A stretch of 64,000 nucleotides of DNA from Aplysia californica (taxonomy: Eukaryota), in the NCBI RefSeq assembly GCF_000002075.1, contig NW_004797591.1, positions 671,142-735,141 on the forward strand, written 5' to 3'. A program made the translations under genes and the position numbers. This document shows, piece after piece, positions 1 to 12,900 of this stretch; positions within the stretch are counted from its first letter, which is position 1; each line of letters begins with the position of its first letter. Under the pieces are notes generated by a model, which saw only the letters and a list, made by a program, of their open reading frames with translations, was not told the origin of the DNA and searched no databases.

Positions 1-43
1 GGGGGGCTCAAGCCCGTGAGCCCTTCACTACCCACCGTCACTG
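1..43 (-). mobile_element. Terminus of a hAT-like MITE, same family as 42085-43042
   Basis: Reverse complement of the CAGTGGCGGTGGGTAGTGAAGGGCT...GGGCTTGAGCCCC terminus at 42085. Confidence 0.75.
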
Positions 44-725
44 AAAGTCACAGGTATATGAGTGATGTAGTAAGTTCAAAGCTGGGCACTTCGATATCAA
101 TGACAAAGTTTACCCAGGATCTTGCTTTTCTGCCAAGACTGAAGACAACAAGAGTCGCGTTAACGAACTTATTCAAACAGACAGGCGCCTAAAAATTTGC
201 GAAATTTGCGAGTCGCTAAACATTTCACAGTCGACTGTCTACAGGATAGAGTTTGATGAGCTGCACTATTGAAAGGCCTCTACTTGATGGGTTGAGGCCG
301 AAAAAGACCAGCGGGGTCATTTTGCAGCATGGCAACACAAGGCCACACACCGCAAACGTCACGAAAGATTGGTTCCAAAGGTTCGGCTAGGAAGTTCTAC
401 TACACCCTCCTCACAGTCCTGACTTGGCCCTGTCAGATTATCACCTTTTTGAACCAATCAAACGCCATATTTCTGGACAGCGATTCACCGACGACGAAGA
501 CCTCGTGGAAGCCGTGACCGATTGGTTGAAATCCCTTGACGAAAGATTCTTCAGGGAGGGTATCTTCTCCCAGATCCAGCGATGGGAAAAATGTGTCCAG
601 CGGGATGGTGATTACATTGAGAAATAAAGCACATGTTGAGGTATGATGTGTTACAGTTTTATTATAATAGGACAAAGATTTTTACTTTTACGGACCTTTT
701 CCGGTTTTCCGTGGGACAGCCCTCG
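44..725 (+). mobile_element. Mariner transposon remnant (deleted, frameshifted)
   Basis: HTH-like start and C-terminal HPPHSPDLALSDYHLF...RWEKCV...GDYIEK (424-627); right TIR ...GACAGCCCTCG followed by TA at 726-727. Confidence 0.9.
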
Positions 726-727
726 TA

Positions 728-960
728 CTACTTGGCTCCTTACTGCTGTCTTTCAGCCACGCCCTGATCTTCTGGTAGGAAAAATCTACACCTAACCTTC
801 TCGGGCAAGGGCGAAAAATCTCGGAGGTCCTAGGTGCAAGTTGCGCATGAAAAAAAAATCCCTTGGAGATCTAAAATCGATAACAGTAGGCGTCGGCCGC
901 CACTTGGGTAAAATTCAAAATTTCTTACCAATTGAAAATGTTTAAGTGTAGAATTCTGTG
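728..960 (+). mobile_element. tRNA-derived SINE family A, 3' fragment
   Basis: Close match to 1735-1910 and 17120-17345; starts immediately after the mariner TA. Confidence 0.8.
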
Positions 961-1042
961 AGCTAAGTTTATTTTGAGTGAAGAACGCACTTGCGCTGTT
1001 CATTCTTCGGACCCTTCGTCTCCCTCTCCCTCACTCCTCCAT

Positions 1043-1043
<1 letters not shown>

Positions 1044-1106
<63 letters not shown>

Positions 1107-1292
1107 TGTGTGTGTGGTTTGTGCGCACGTGCTTGTGTATGTCTCAACCACGACCAGGTCTCTGTCTTTCTACCGCTCTCTCTACCCTTGTCTGTCTGTC
1201 CGTCTCTCTACCCTTGCCTGTCTGTCCGTCTCTCTACACCTGTCTACCTTTTCAAAGAGATATGCCATCCTTCCCCCTCTCCGCCCCCCTCC

Positions 1293-1330
<38 letters not shown>
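1044..1330. repeat. (TG)n, degenerate CT-rich and (CT)n(CA)n microsatellites
   Basis: Visible directly; this is the source of the spurious CV/TH-repeat ORFs. Confidence 0.95.
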
Positions 1331-1487
1331 TGATACGGTACACATCTCATAATTATTTGACATAGACATACCCGTGCGTTCTTTAAAGGAAATTTCGCTA
1401 AAAATATACGGATGTGTGCGCGCTTAGCTTGTGGGTCAAGACATGATCAAATCCGTTATAACAATTTTGTTTAAAAAAAGTAATTTT

Positions 1488-1970
1488 GGGGGCTCTCGTG
1501 GCCTTAGAGGTGGTGTTCGCCTCTCATTTAAAGTCAAAGGTCCCAGGTTTGAATCTGGGTAGCGAAGAAAAAATGTTCTTCTCTTCTCTAAAATTATCTC
1601 CTTTCACAGCCTTTCCTGCTCTCTAGCAATAATTCAGTCGTCTGCTTTCGTCTCCACTTTCTGCCCCCACCCCATCACCTCCTTTGCCCCCTCCTCTGGG
1701 CTTCAGACTCATTCTGCAGCCTTTCCACTGCTTCTCCTTGGCTCCTTCTTACTGATGTCTTTCAGCCCCACCCCTGATCTTCTGGTACGGTAGGAAGGAT
1801 CTACACCTAGCCTTCTCCGGCAAGGGCGAAAAATTTAGGAGGTCCCGTGTGCAAGTTGCGCACGTTCAAGATCCCTTGGAGTTCCAAAATCGACAAACTG
1901 AAAATGTTAGGTATGTCCCGTGTGCTTATATGACCTTAGGCAGTTGCGAGCGCCGTAAAACACTTACAAA
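1488..1970 (+). mobile_element. tRNA-derived SINE family A, near full length
   Basis: A-box (TGGCCTTAGAGG) and B-box-like (GGTTTGAATCT) head; body shared with other copies; 3' tail tatgacc..gcagttgcgagcgccgtaaaac; flanked by the direct repeat aaaaaaagtaatttt (1473-1487, 1971-1985). Confidence 0.85.
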
Positions 1971-4900
1971 AAAAAAAGTAATTTTTGTTAACGCCAGCTA
2001 ACAAGGAAATTAATCCAGTTTCGTACAATCATGAATATTATTATTCTTGGTTGCCTCCCCTTACACAAAAATGTGGCTAAATAACCTCTTGTTAACTGGT
2101 TACATCATGATTTCACCTACCATTAAATAGTCCTTTGCAGAATAAATTATAGCCTCAAATGTGTTACATGTACTGTTCTAGTCTAATGGCAACTTCGGTT
2201 TGCAAAATAGTGTGGTACCGTACACATACTAAAAAAACCTCGAGCACCACCAACTACAAGTTAAAAAGCAGAGTAAATTGCGGAATGTGACTTTCCCAGC
2301 ACTCTGGAAATAAAAGACAAGCCTAAGAGCATTTACAAGTGTTTCGAAATGTCCGCTTTGAAAATGACCCGTTGATTTTTGCTCAGAATCGTTTTCAGAC
2401 ATGTTTGAAACTCACTAGCATGCCCCACCCCAATACTTTCAATAATATGCCTTGACCGTCAAATCTGAAGGGTTTTTCATGTACACGTACAACAAATGCA
2501 GAAAATCATCTGGCGTAACATTATAACTAATAATGCTAAATTTAAATTCAAATTAGTGATCAAATGCCTTTGTTTCAAAATAGAAAAATCTGTTACAAAC
2601 GTAGGGGTGGGTGTATTTTCTATATTTCTCTGTCCCAGATTAGTCCTTGATCTACATTCATGTACAACATTTTCTGTCCAGCCCCAGCTCTCTAATCTAT
2701 CACACGCTGCTGACCATCGGTTGGGGATCTACTGTGATGTCAGTAGTCTATTATTAGATTTTTGACTACCAGATTCACAGCCATAAAATTACAGGTCCAA
2801 ATCCCAGTCTGTGCTTGACGAAAAAAACTTGTTCACTTTCACTTTTGTCTGTCCATGGTTAAAATGGGATTTAAAAAATAAACAAATTGCTTTGTTCAAC
2901 CTTCTCATCACTCAATGAGAAGGGAGTAGGCCTACCTGTCTAAGTCTAAGACAGTGAAAGTGAAAAGGTGACACATAGAGAAAGCCTCTCGAGGATGTAC
3001 TTTTAATAGCTGCTTAAGCTTTGGAAAGTGCCTGCTTGACCCCACATAGAGAATGCTGTTACACATGGCCGTTTATCATCAAGTGTATGCATTCTTCATA
3101 AAACATATGTACAACTGTACCATAATAGACAGGGAAAGTGTTGTCCAAAATTTTACTAAAGTGTCGTTCCCGAGATCGGATATGACATGGGAGCTTGCTG
3201 GTAGACCCACTAATCATGCTAAAGGCGTGAGAGACATGTTTACCTGCCTCATGTTCGCCCAGAACCCTCTAGTCTATAACTAGATCACGCTGGACAAATT
3301 ATGAGAGAGAGAGAGTTTAGTACAAGTATTAAGCGTACGGCCCTCAATATCACTGTATTCGTATCCTAGCAGTAAAAATACGTATATACATGTACAATGT
3401 GGACTTTGTTACGTTTGTCCCAAATGGGAGCTCTAACGTATACTGATGGTACGAGCGCATCTGTGTCCATGTTCGAATCACTTGCTCCATCAAACTGTAA
3501 GCGTAAGTAGAAGTAGAAGCACTGCTTTGGTACAACGGTAACGTGAAAACAAGGCCACAGACAGCTTTGGGCGCCTTGGAAATAAAGTAGTAGGATTCCG
3601 CGAGAAACGTCAGTGCGCTCCTCACTGAGAGCTTTTTATGTATGTGGGACGCAACGGTTTTCATTCTTAGGGGAACCTTTTAATTTCACTGCCTCAGGCA
3701 GTGCGCTTACGTGAGCGTGAGTGAACGGCTTTCCCTATGTGGTCACCGTTAGTCATTTAATGGAAGAGTTGCCTACTTCTTTTCATCCGATCAGAGAGAG
3801 ACGAGTAAACCACTTGAGAATGAAGGAACCGCATAAACCTATGATGTGTTGAAAAGGGTGACCAACTCTCAACTTGTCCCAAAACCCCTCAATCCTGTGG
3901 AAGGTCATTTGTGATACAGGACAGAATAAAGCTTCATCAAACAAAAAAGATTGTCTCCAAACATAAAACTGACACGACCTGCGTCATAGTACAAGTGTTT
4001 TAATGGGTGTTCTCAGTACATGTACCAATTAATAAGATACAATAGGGACCACTACAAATTAGTATTTGATGGACTTGAGCTTGCAAAATGTATTGATCAA
4101 ACTGAGCACAAAATAGGTCAATAGATGTTTCTGGTGTGTTTCTGTGCATGCACACACACACACATACACACAGAGTTCTTTTCTTACAATATGCTTCATA
4201 TGCTCTCTTTCCTGAAAAAAACCTCAGTTACCATACTGAAATGAAAGAATTTTGTCGTTTGTGGTTTTGTTAAGGCATTTTAAAAGTACAGCGTAGTTCC
4301 ACATCATAAAAAAGACAAAAGACTCTATTCTTGTGTGTATTCTAGTTCCTACACAAAAAATATTCTGAAGATGGAGTATCAGTTCCTCCAACAGCAGCCC
4401 AGGCTTAAAAGAAATACCCCCCCCCTCCCCCAAAACAATGGTAGATCCCGGTCAGAACTGAACCTGTAACTTCTGTTCGTTGGTCAATAGTATTGTCTGT
4501 ATTACAGCATACTGTTGAGAAAGAGAGAGACCAACTTCTGTGACTTTGTAAATTATTGAAACACATCAGCAGTGTCACCACAATGCAATACCAAGCAAGA
4601 TACTTCAAAATTGTTTATAAAGTTTTATTTATTGCAGTGTAACAGTCAGCCTCTTCACCACTAGGTTATCTCAGACAGCAGTCTCTCCAAATCAAATTTG
4701 AGACACAAAATACGAGAAAAAATACAGGGATGCCACTCAACTTTAAAAAAAAATAGTTGAAGATCCACGCGCCACGGTCTTGCAATTTTAATGACTCATG
4801 AAGCAAAATGGACACAAAAAAGGAAATGGAGTACAGCCCCATGATGGTAATCAAAGAAGTAGGCTTTGACATCAAGTGTTAGAGTTTTTATATTGATGGA

Positions 4901-5217
4901 TATTCTTAAAAAGGTTAAAACTATGGCATTATTAATTTTTTTTAAAACAACAGTATCATGCATGAAGTCAGCCAATGCTTGGAGTAAGAGAAATGCAAAA
5001 CTGGCAACAGCAAAAAATTTTTAAAAAAATGAAGTGCCCATTGGCATTCAGAAACTTGCACCATATTCTTTGACAAATTAATGGGCATCCGTCTTACCAT
5101 TAACTTATTACTGACCTTACCAATGCGACTAGTTTCAAAATAGCCTTCAAATTTTTGCAATTCACCTCTGGCTACAGGTAGAAGTAGAATAAATCTTTTG
5201 TCCAGTCAAACCACATT

Positions 5218-6044
5218 TACTTGAACCTGTAAAAGGTAGAATCAAAGGAAGCCCGAAAAAAAATTAGTCTTAAACATTTTTAGTCCTAAGACAGGGGAAT
5301 TTTACGGGGAGGGAAAGTCCAGAGGGCAAGCCATATGTGGTCGAATCAAAGATCGTCTGCCTGGTTGGTAAGCCGTAGCCAAACTTCACACTTCTTAAGA
5401 GCTATCCTAACCACTCTGATGTATCAGTCTTACTAACCTTTAGCGACTAGTACTTGCATCTCATTAGGACCACTATTTAACCAAATAAAAACAGAAACAA
5501 TTGAACTTCTCTATTTTAACTCTTAGCCCCATCCATGGATATGATAAGCACAGTCAACAAAATTGGGGGACATTTTTTCTTGGCTGACTGTACGATCATT
5601 GCAGCAGGCAGTTGTCAAATTGGACACCTCTGGCCTCCCAGGAAAGTTTCTGTGCCAACATGCTACCTGAGCAGTGGTGAGATTTCACATCCACATGACC
5701 CTGACCAACTGCACCACTCAAGAGTTCACCTGGGTTGGGCAACAACTACCTGGAAACTGCATCTCTTCGTTACCTGACAGCCTGGCATAAATGTTAAACT
5801 TAAAGCCTGTGTAAACAAACTACAGAGTTTTTATTTAAGTCAGGGTTGAGTGGGCAAAGCATTTTCTTACTTTGACAGGTCAAAATCCTTAGAAAGGAAG
5901 GAATTTCTCTGTCCGTTTTCAGATTGTGAATGTTATCATCTTGGACAGATGTATTGCAGAGGAATTTATCAAGGGGAGAGTAGGAAGATCCTGTCAAGAC
6001 AGGTTTTCCGTCTTGGACATATTTTGAAAGGCAGGTCCAACTGC
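5218..6044 (-). mobile_element. Tc1/pogo-type MITE, degenerate inverted copy of 12234-13098
   Basis: 5600-5760 is the reverse complement of 12540-12710, and both ends match the termini of the other copy. Confidence 0.7.
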
Positions 6045-6049
6045 ATTAA

Positions 6050-6346
6050 CTCTTTAAACCATGACTTTTTTCCACAGTTTCCAGGAGTTTTTTCTACAGT
6101 CACCTAAACCTCTGGCGCACTATGTCTCATTAAAACCCCAAAAGCTTGCCTCCAACTTCTAAATGGCGGAAACAAATGCTTAGTCATTACTAAAAGACTT
6201 GGTTCAGGAATAGTTCCGAAAAACAAGCAAAAACTAGCACCAAGTAAAACGAAAATGTTGTTACTAGTATCGGACATTCCCAGAGTCCGATGGAGAACAG
6301 AGTTATTACCGCCGGACGCTCCCAGCGTCCGATGGGGTTTAAAGAG
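6050..6346. mobile_element. TTAA-targeting (piggyBac-like) MITE
   Basis: TTAA|CTCTTTAAACC ... GGTTTAAAGAG|TTAA, with two subterminal palindromes (TCGGAC..GTCCGA, CGGACGCT..AGCGTCCG). Confidence 0.75.
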
Positions 6347-6569
6347 TTAAACATTCTTTTAATACCAAACACAACATGGGCAGCTTTTGTTAATGTTTTA
6401 AACACCATCACGACAACTAATCATCAAACTACTATTTGTTGGAAAAATAATTGCAGAACCACAGAGATAAGGGCAAAAGTATCTTCCTAAAGTGTAAACC
6501 AGGTCATAGCAGCCTGAACGTAATTGATCACATGGATTAGTATGGATAAAGCTCTATCTTTTTTGTCTA

Positions 6570-6575
6570 TTTATT
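6570..6575 (-). terminator. Candidate AATAAA polyadenylation signal of the ADK-like gene
   Basis: tttatt on the + strand about 65 nt past the stop codon. Confidence 0.4.
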
Positions 6576-6639
6576 AGATATCATCACCAATACTCGAATC
6601 AATCCATTTTGTGAAACAAAATGACTGAATTCCATCTGT

Positions 6640-6923
6640 TTAAAACCAATCTTCAACATTGGCACTTTCGTCTCTACCCTCTGAAGTTCTGGGCTTCCAC
6701 GGGCTCGGGAACACAGTGAAGGGCATACTCAAAAGCTTCTTGTTTCCCTTGTTGCCAACGTTGAGCTCTCCGAGTTCCATCCGCCGTTTCCATTCTGTCA
6801 GCGTCTTATCTTCTCCGCTGGCAAAGTCCACACCATACATGGTGGACACCAAGCTAGCAGTAAAGAAGGCACAGTCAATGTTCACCTCAAGTGAGCACCC
6901 TTGGATCATCATTGCCATGAAGC
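6640..6923 (-). CDS. ADK-like last coding exon (GFMAMMIQG...VEDWF*)
   Basis: ctgacag acceptor; GFMAMMIQGCSLEVNIDCAFFTASLV ~ [26 protein letters not shown], followed by an extension of about 55 aa. Confidence 0.88.
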
Positions 6924-9900
6924 CTGTCAGCAGAGACACAGTAGACATTATTCAACCCTTTCATTGCTCAGGCATTTCCATCTACATTTGTACAGGCAAG
7001 ATAAAACAATACTTAAACAAGGCCATAGTATGTCTCCCCTTATTTAGAATAAACTACTTGAAAGTTTCAAACCTTCTACAATGTCCTCTACAAACCAGTA
7101 GTAATAGGGCAAAGAGCCAGTTTGGGAGAACACAAGTGAGTATTTGTCCACACAGCAGTGATGAGGTTAAGGAGGTGTGAAGAGGTCACATCAACATTTT
7201 CATTAAAGTCAGTGGATGAGCTTTCCACTTTCTTTCCAAAATGGTGAGGGAAAATAAAAAAGGGACCATTTCACCAGAAAATCATTTTGTCAGAGTTCAT
7301 TTAAAGCCAAAATTCACTGTAAATTTTCAAGCAGTAATTGTAGTTTGAAAATGCATTCAGATAATGTCAACTTTCAATACTTGAACTTGGAGTTTTAATA
7401 AGTCCTGTACAATAAGGAATTTAAATATAAATTAGATGGCTTTTATAGTTGGGGGAATCTTTCTAGTTCACAACCAATGCATGGTCAAATCTGCAAACGA
7501 AATCACTGAAAAGGAAGAGCAAAAAATTAAGTCTTTTACAAGTTTCCACCACGAGTCTGGGTGACAGTTAGGTGTAAGCACTGGGTGAGCATCTATAGAC
7601 TTATCCGCTATGATGAAACTTGGATACAGCAAACTCAAACTCAATGAAAACTCAAGACTCAACGCAGGTAGGTTCTGCTCTACAAAGCTTGGAGGAAGCG
7701 AGTTGAAAGACAGTTTGAGAGAAAAGGATATCAGGGCATGTTGAGTGTGTAATGTAAAATGGAGAGCAGACAGTTTCCATTCCTGAAAATAAACCAATAG
7801 AGCACCCAAATTAAATATTTTGTCTTGTCTCACCAGCAACAAATGCATAGTTGACTCCATAAAAATCGATGACTTTGTCAGCCTTCAAATATTTTGACCG
7901 GAACTTTGAAGTTTTACCGCTGTGCAGGTCTGAAAGAAATAAAGTCCACAGTAGATTCAACAAAAATTTAGAAGAAAAAATAAGTCTAACCCCCAATTCA
8001 TTTTTCCAGAAAAGTAAAAAAAAATTATTTTAAAAATCTCATAATACAGTTAGTGATTCAGAACAGTGAGTTTCCTATAACATTAGTAAAGAGGGAACAT
8101 TATGCAATGCTTACTCTCTCCCTCTCTGTGCCTGTCTATCCATCAATCTGTATATATGTACCTACCACTTATCTATGGTATCTAAATGTGACACTTGAGA
8201 CAACTAACCAGCAAGAGCATTTATAAAGCAACAGTTTAGACTTAATATTAGCAGAGAAGTCCCAGAAGCAAAGAATGATGTAGAGATGAAGTTTATCCAG
8301 AAAACAGACTGGCCATTACATGTACTAAGACAGGGTGCTTAACCCAGCAAAGAGAGTAGAGAAGAAGAGAGACAAAAAGAATCAGTAGATACACCAAGGA
8401 AAATACTACTATCGAGAATCCACATATGAATATTCATGAGTGTTCTTCTGTAAACTTTAAGTGGGTGTATTTATTCCACCCAGACCCACTGAAGCAAAAA
8501 CCTTTACCCGCATTCTGTCAACAAAAAAAGCAAGACTGACTCACCTGTGTGAACATAGGCAACGTACAGACCATCACTGACAATAACAGTGCATGTTTTC
8601 TTGGAGTGGGATTTGATCCACTTACTGATGGCACGAGCTTGGTGTTCAAAAGAAGAGCATACCTGCAGTGAACGTTTTAGGTAGGGAAAATTCATTTTAC
8701 ATAAAATCATGAAACAGATTCTTCAGCGTACTAAACATAATAGTAATGCAACAGTAATTAAAATTTTGATAGAGTAGGTCATTCCCCTGTCAAGATGGAA
8801 TAAGAACCAAAACGGTGAGGTATCGAGTAAAATTCAACATATTGCAGGTAACAAATCAACAGTGCACAAAGAAAAGCATTGATGAGCAACAGTAGTACAC
8901 GATGTAGCGTGCCAGCAATCATATTTTCAGCCACGGTCAGCCTTCAAAAGGACTTTTGGCCAAACTGAAGCCTTAATGTTACTCTAGCTTGCTTTATATC
9001 TCCTCTCCCCTCTGGTTCGAAAAAGGATACCGTTTAAACGCCCTTGGCTTGTACATGCAGATGCCATAGTGTTTTTTTTATTTGAGAACCTTCACGACAC
9101 TTGTTGAGGGCAACAATCTCTGACCCAACATGTGGATGCACACTGCATTGTCACAACTAGAACTACTACGTATCCTCTTAGTCTGCAAGGCAATACTTCG
9201 TACACTGAAAAATTAACATATTATTAAAGTTATAATATTTTATAAACTCATATTGCAGACAAAAGGTCCCAATATAAGGCTCTTTATTGGTGTTTTGAAA
9301 AAACAATCATGTTGATAAAATGGAAATAGATTCTTATAAATTTTCACCATCTTCTCCGGACAACTTCTCTTGGCTGTGGAGACAAATGGGAGTTGAATCA
9401 TCACACTTTGCACAAAACCTTAGGAGGGGATTGGGATTTTTTTTAAATGCTACATTTTTTGCATTCTGCTGATGCACTGAGATCTACTGCACAGGAAAAA
9501 ACCCAGAGATAATTTCTTTTAAATATATAACGTTTAAAAACCCGAGCAAAAGTAAGTCATGAAGAGTATACTTACGAGACATGAAATCTGAAATAAGAGA
9601 AAAAGAAAACAACATTTAATACTGAGCAAGATTATAAGTCGTTTTAACCCTGTCAGACTTCCCTCTATACCTGGCCTCCAGAGCAAAAGTTAGCAGAAAT
9701 GCATATGGTTCACAAAAGTGGTTAGCACAGGAAAACGAGTCATCAGAAACACATGAAACTTGGTAAAAATACATATAAAAGGCCTACCTTTGAGCTAATG
9801 CCAGTACTCAGATAGGTTTTCAAGAACTTCTTGTGTGGTAAACAGTTGAGACCTAGTCCTCTTTCCTATCGAAGTGTTTGGTCCATCAGCACGTCTCTTC

Positions 9901-12900
9901 ATGACAAAAAAAAATCCAAAACCTAGAAGAGAAACTACAGTCCAACCTCATGGAGTCTACCATTTGCAATGATCAATTCTCGCACTAAAAGCGGAGTTTA
10001 GAGATGATTGGCCAGCTATTTTAAAAATATGACATCGTTTTATGACGCGACCTCCCAATTACCGGTGTGCCAAAAAATTCGGCATAGTTGAAGTTTTGAG
10101 TATTCCCAGGAATAAGGTCTGACAGGGTTAATATGTCTGTACACAGTCTGTTGCAAGATAGCATGAGATCAAATGGTAAAAATGTCTCCATAATAGTGAC
10201 AGCCAAAAGTTCACACAGCTTGAAATGAATTTTGAAAATACAGACGTTGTTTTCTGTTCAAATGTTCAGAGAAATTCTTCAAAGATAAAGATCGGACTCA
10301 CATTGTTGGAAGGAAAGAAAGATGTCTTAACTAACAAGCTAAATATAGAGTTATTGTAAAAAGAAATATTCCCAGCATCAGTGTATATTATGAATACTTT
10401 ATATATATCTTGAACAGTAACTTGCTGTAAACTTCAGACTCTTTCTTACATGATTAAAAAAAATGATATCCTATGAAAACGACTGATAAGTTTGATCCTG
10501 CTAAGCCAATTTAAATCTAAATAACTTTTGAAGTTAAAAGTATTTTACTCCTCCTACTTAACATCAACTAAAAAAAACTTACTGGTATGTTGTACAACTT
10601 TATCAAGCCTTGAGCACACTGAAGAAGAAAGAGGAAAGAAAATTTTGTTTAAATGATTAAAGAATTTAAGAAAGAATTGAATTGTTTCAGGAAAGGAAAG
10701 CTACAATTATACACAGAGGAGCAACAAACTGACATCCCCAATCATGTATGCACAACTATGACCTTCTGGACAGAGAGACATACTAACTTGAACGAGGGCA
10801 TANNNNNNNNNNNNNNNNNNNNNNNNNNNNNNNNNNNNNNNNNNNNNNNNNNNNNNNNNNNNNNNNNNNNNNNNNNNNNNNNNNNNNNNNNNNNNNNNNN
10901 NNNNNNNNNNNNNNNNNNNNNNNNNNNNNNNNNNNNNNNNNNCATGTTGCACTGTATTAAAATTAGAAAATCAAAGTGCCTTAGAAACTACAAACTAACG
11001 GCACCATTCACACGTAGTAAATAGAGGGTTGTTTTCTCTTCTTAGAAAGAAATAATCAGAAACATCAGATATGTTGTAGAAGTTACAGAAATTCCAAGGA
11101 AAATGACAGCATCTGCAACTTTACATAAAATGAGCTGACTAGAATAGAGCAAACAACTTGAATCGACAGTTTGGAACAACAACTACAACGTCAATTTTTC
11201 TCTTCTGACCTCTAAGTCCATGAAGAGCACGTCGGTGTAGGCAAGAGTCTCCATGATAGTCTGCTTGTGTTGGCACACCAAGCCATAGTGAGAAAGACTG
11301 ACACAGAACTGCTTGAAACGGGCGCAGCAGTAGTAGGCCAGTCGCAGCAGCGCCTTTGGCATGAAGCAGATTGTCAAATCCTGCAAGTAGATACATGATG
11401 AGATGACTCATATCTAGGTTAACTAGAAACACATAGGTGCATCAGTAGTCACTGAGAGCTGGGGAAAAGCAAGACAGGGAGACAGAAACAGCACGGGGAT
11501 AACAAAAAAGAAGTGCGACCTCACAGTAACACCCTCCCATCACCTTGCAAAGACACTGCAGCTCTGTGTTTCAAGTCTGAGCATAAGACTGACAACCTTT
11601 CAACTCAAAGTATAAAAAGCATGCAGCCATTAAGCATCTCATTACACAGTCAAAACCTCTTGTTGCACCCATGTCAGATTGGTTAAAATGATAAATCAAA
11701 GTCCACCAATGTTCTTTTGTCATTGTATGACTTTTGACTCCAATAAACCACATCACGTACAAAGCTAACACTTCACACACAGAATTTCAAGCACTGTCTC
11801 TTTTGGAAGATATAATATAGGCTGAGTATTGTAAAAAATATTTCATAAAAATCGAAAAATGGCATATGAACTAGAGAATCATAACAAAGCAACAGCAATG
11901 TTTGCCTCCTTTTAAATGAATGAGCACTCCGATTTGTGTCCTTGAGCATACCTTATTAGTACAGCTGCAAGGTTTTGTGTTCTTTTTTCTTAAATGTTTA
12001 ATCTTTTCACATCCCAGTAACAATGGTAAAAAACAAAAATAAACTTCAAACAGGAAGTTCTGAAATTTTCTTCTCATTTTTTGAAAATTTCTTCTCAAAA
12101 CAAATGAACAAGACCAAGCGCTCCGCTCTAAAAAAATGTTTTTTATTTACCTTATCGGACATTAACCTTTGGCAAATTATACGCAAATGAGAGTTTCTTA
12201 TTTACTCTTGTTTTAAGCACATAAATACAGATACAGTCGAACCTGCTTTAACAGAAACCTGTGCAAAACGGAAACCTCCCTTGACAGAATTTCCTCGCTC
12301 CCCCCTTGATATATTCCTCTTTAATTACCTGTATAAAACGGAAACCTGTTCAACATGGAAACGGAAAGAAAAATCCGCTCCCTTCTGAGGGTGTTACCTG
12401 TTTGAGACGGAAAATGCTTTGCCTGCTCAGTCCTAATTTGAAACAAAACTGGCAAGTTTGGTTCCGCCGGCTCTAAACTTAATGCCATGCTGCCAGGCAA
12501 GGAAGGGGAGTAGGGGAGCATTTTAGGAGTAGATGTTACCCCGTCATGTGAACCCTGAGCGATGCAGATGGTCAGTGTGGTGTGGGTGTGAAATCTCACG
12601 AGTGCCAGTGAAAGTGCTTGAGTAACGAGCCACCACGGAAGCTTTCCTGGGTAGCCAGAAGCCAGAGGTGTGTGTGAAATTACATGTACTTTGACCAATG
12701 CCTGCCGCCCCGATCGTAGGGCCAATCGAGAAAAGAGTTCCTTGAATGGTTGTTACATGGCAGTGAGGGGTGGCATTGGTTGACTGCTTGTTACACCGAT
12801 GGGTGGGGCAAAGAGTGAAAGTAAAGAAGATGTTCAAACGTTTCTGTTTTTAACAGGTCAAACAGTGGTAGCACTGGTGGTAGTTGGATAAGTAAGACTG

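Noticed and set aside
969-1365. ORFs with CV/TH dipeptide repeats, and all X-containing ORFs elsewhere
   Set aside because: Produced by microsatellites and N gaps.
6659-7180. 173-aa plus-strand ORF
   Set aside because: Antisense shadow of the last ADK-like exon with no recognisable domain.
10063-10218. In-frame 156-nt phase 0-0 candidate exon on the minus strand
   Set aside because: The 36-nt exon at 10583-10618 has stronger splice signals and completes the ADK alignment with no insertion. It remains only a possible cassette exon.
11139-11432. 97-aa ORF (GFDNLLHAKGAA...) over ADK-like exon 8
   Set aside because: Wrong frame; the overlapping frame (DLTICF...YTDVLF) matches ADK and the splice phases.
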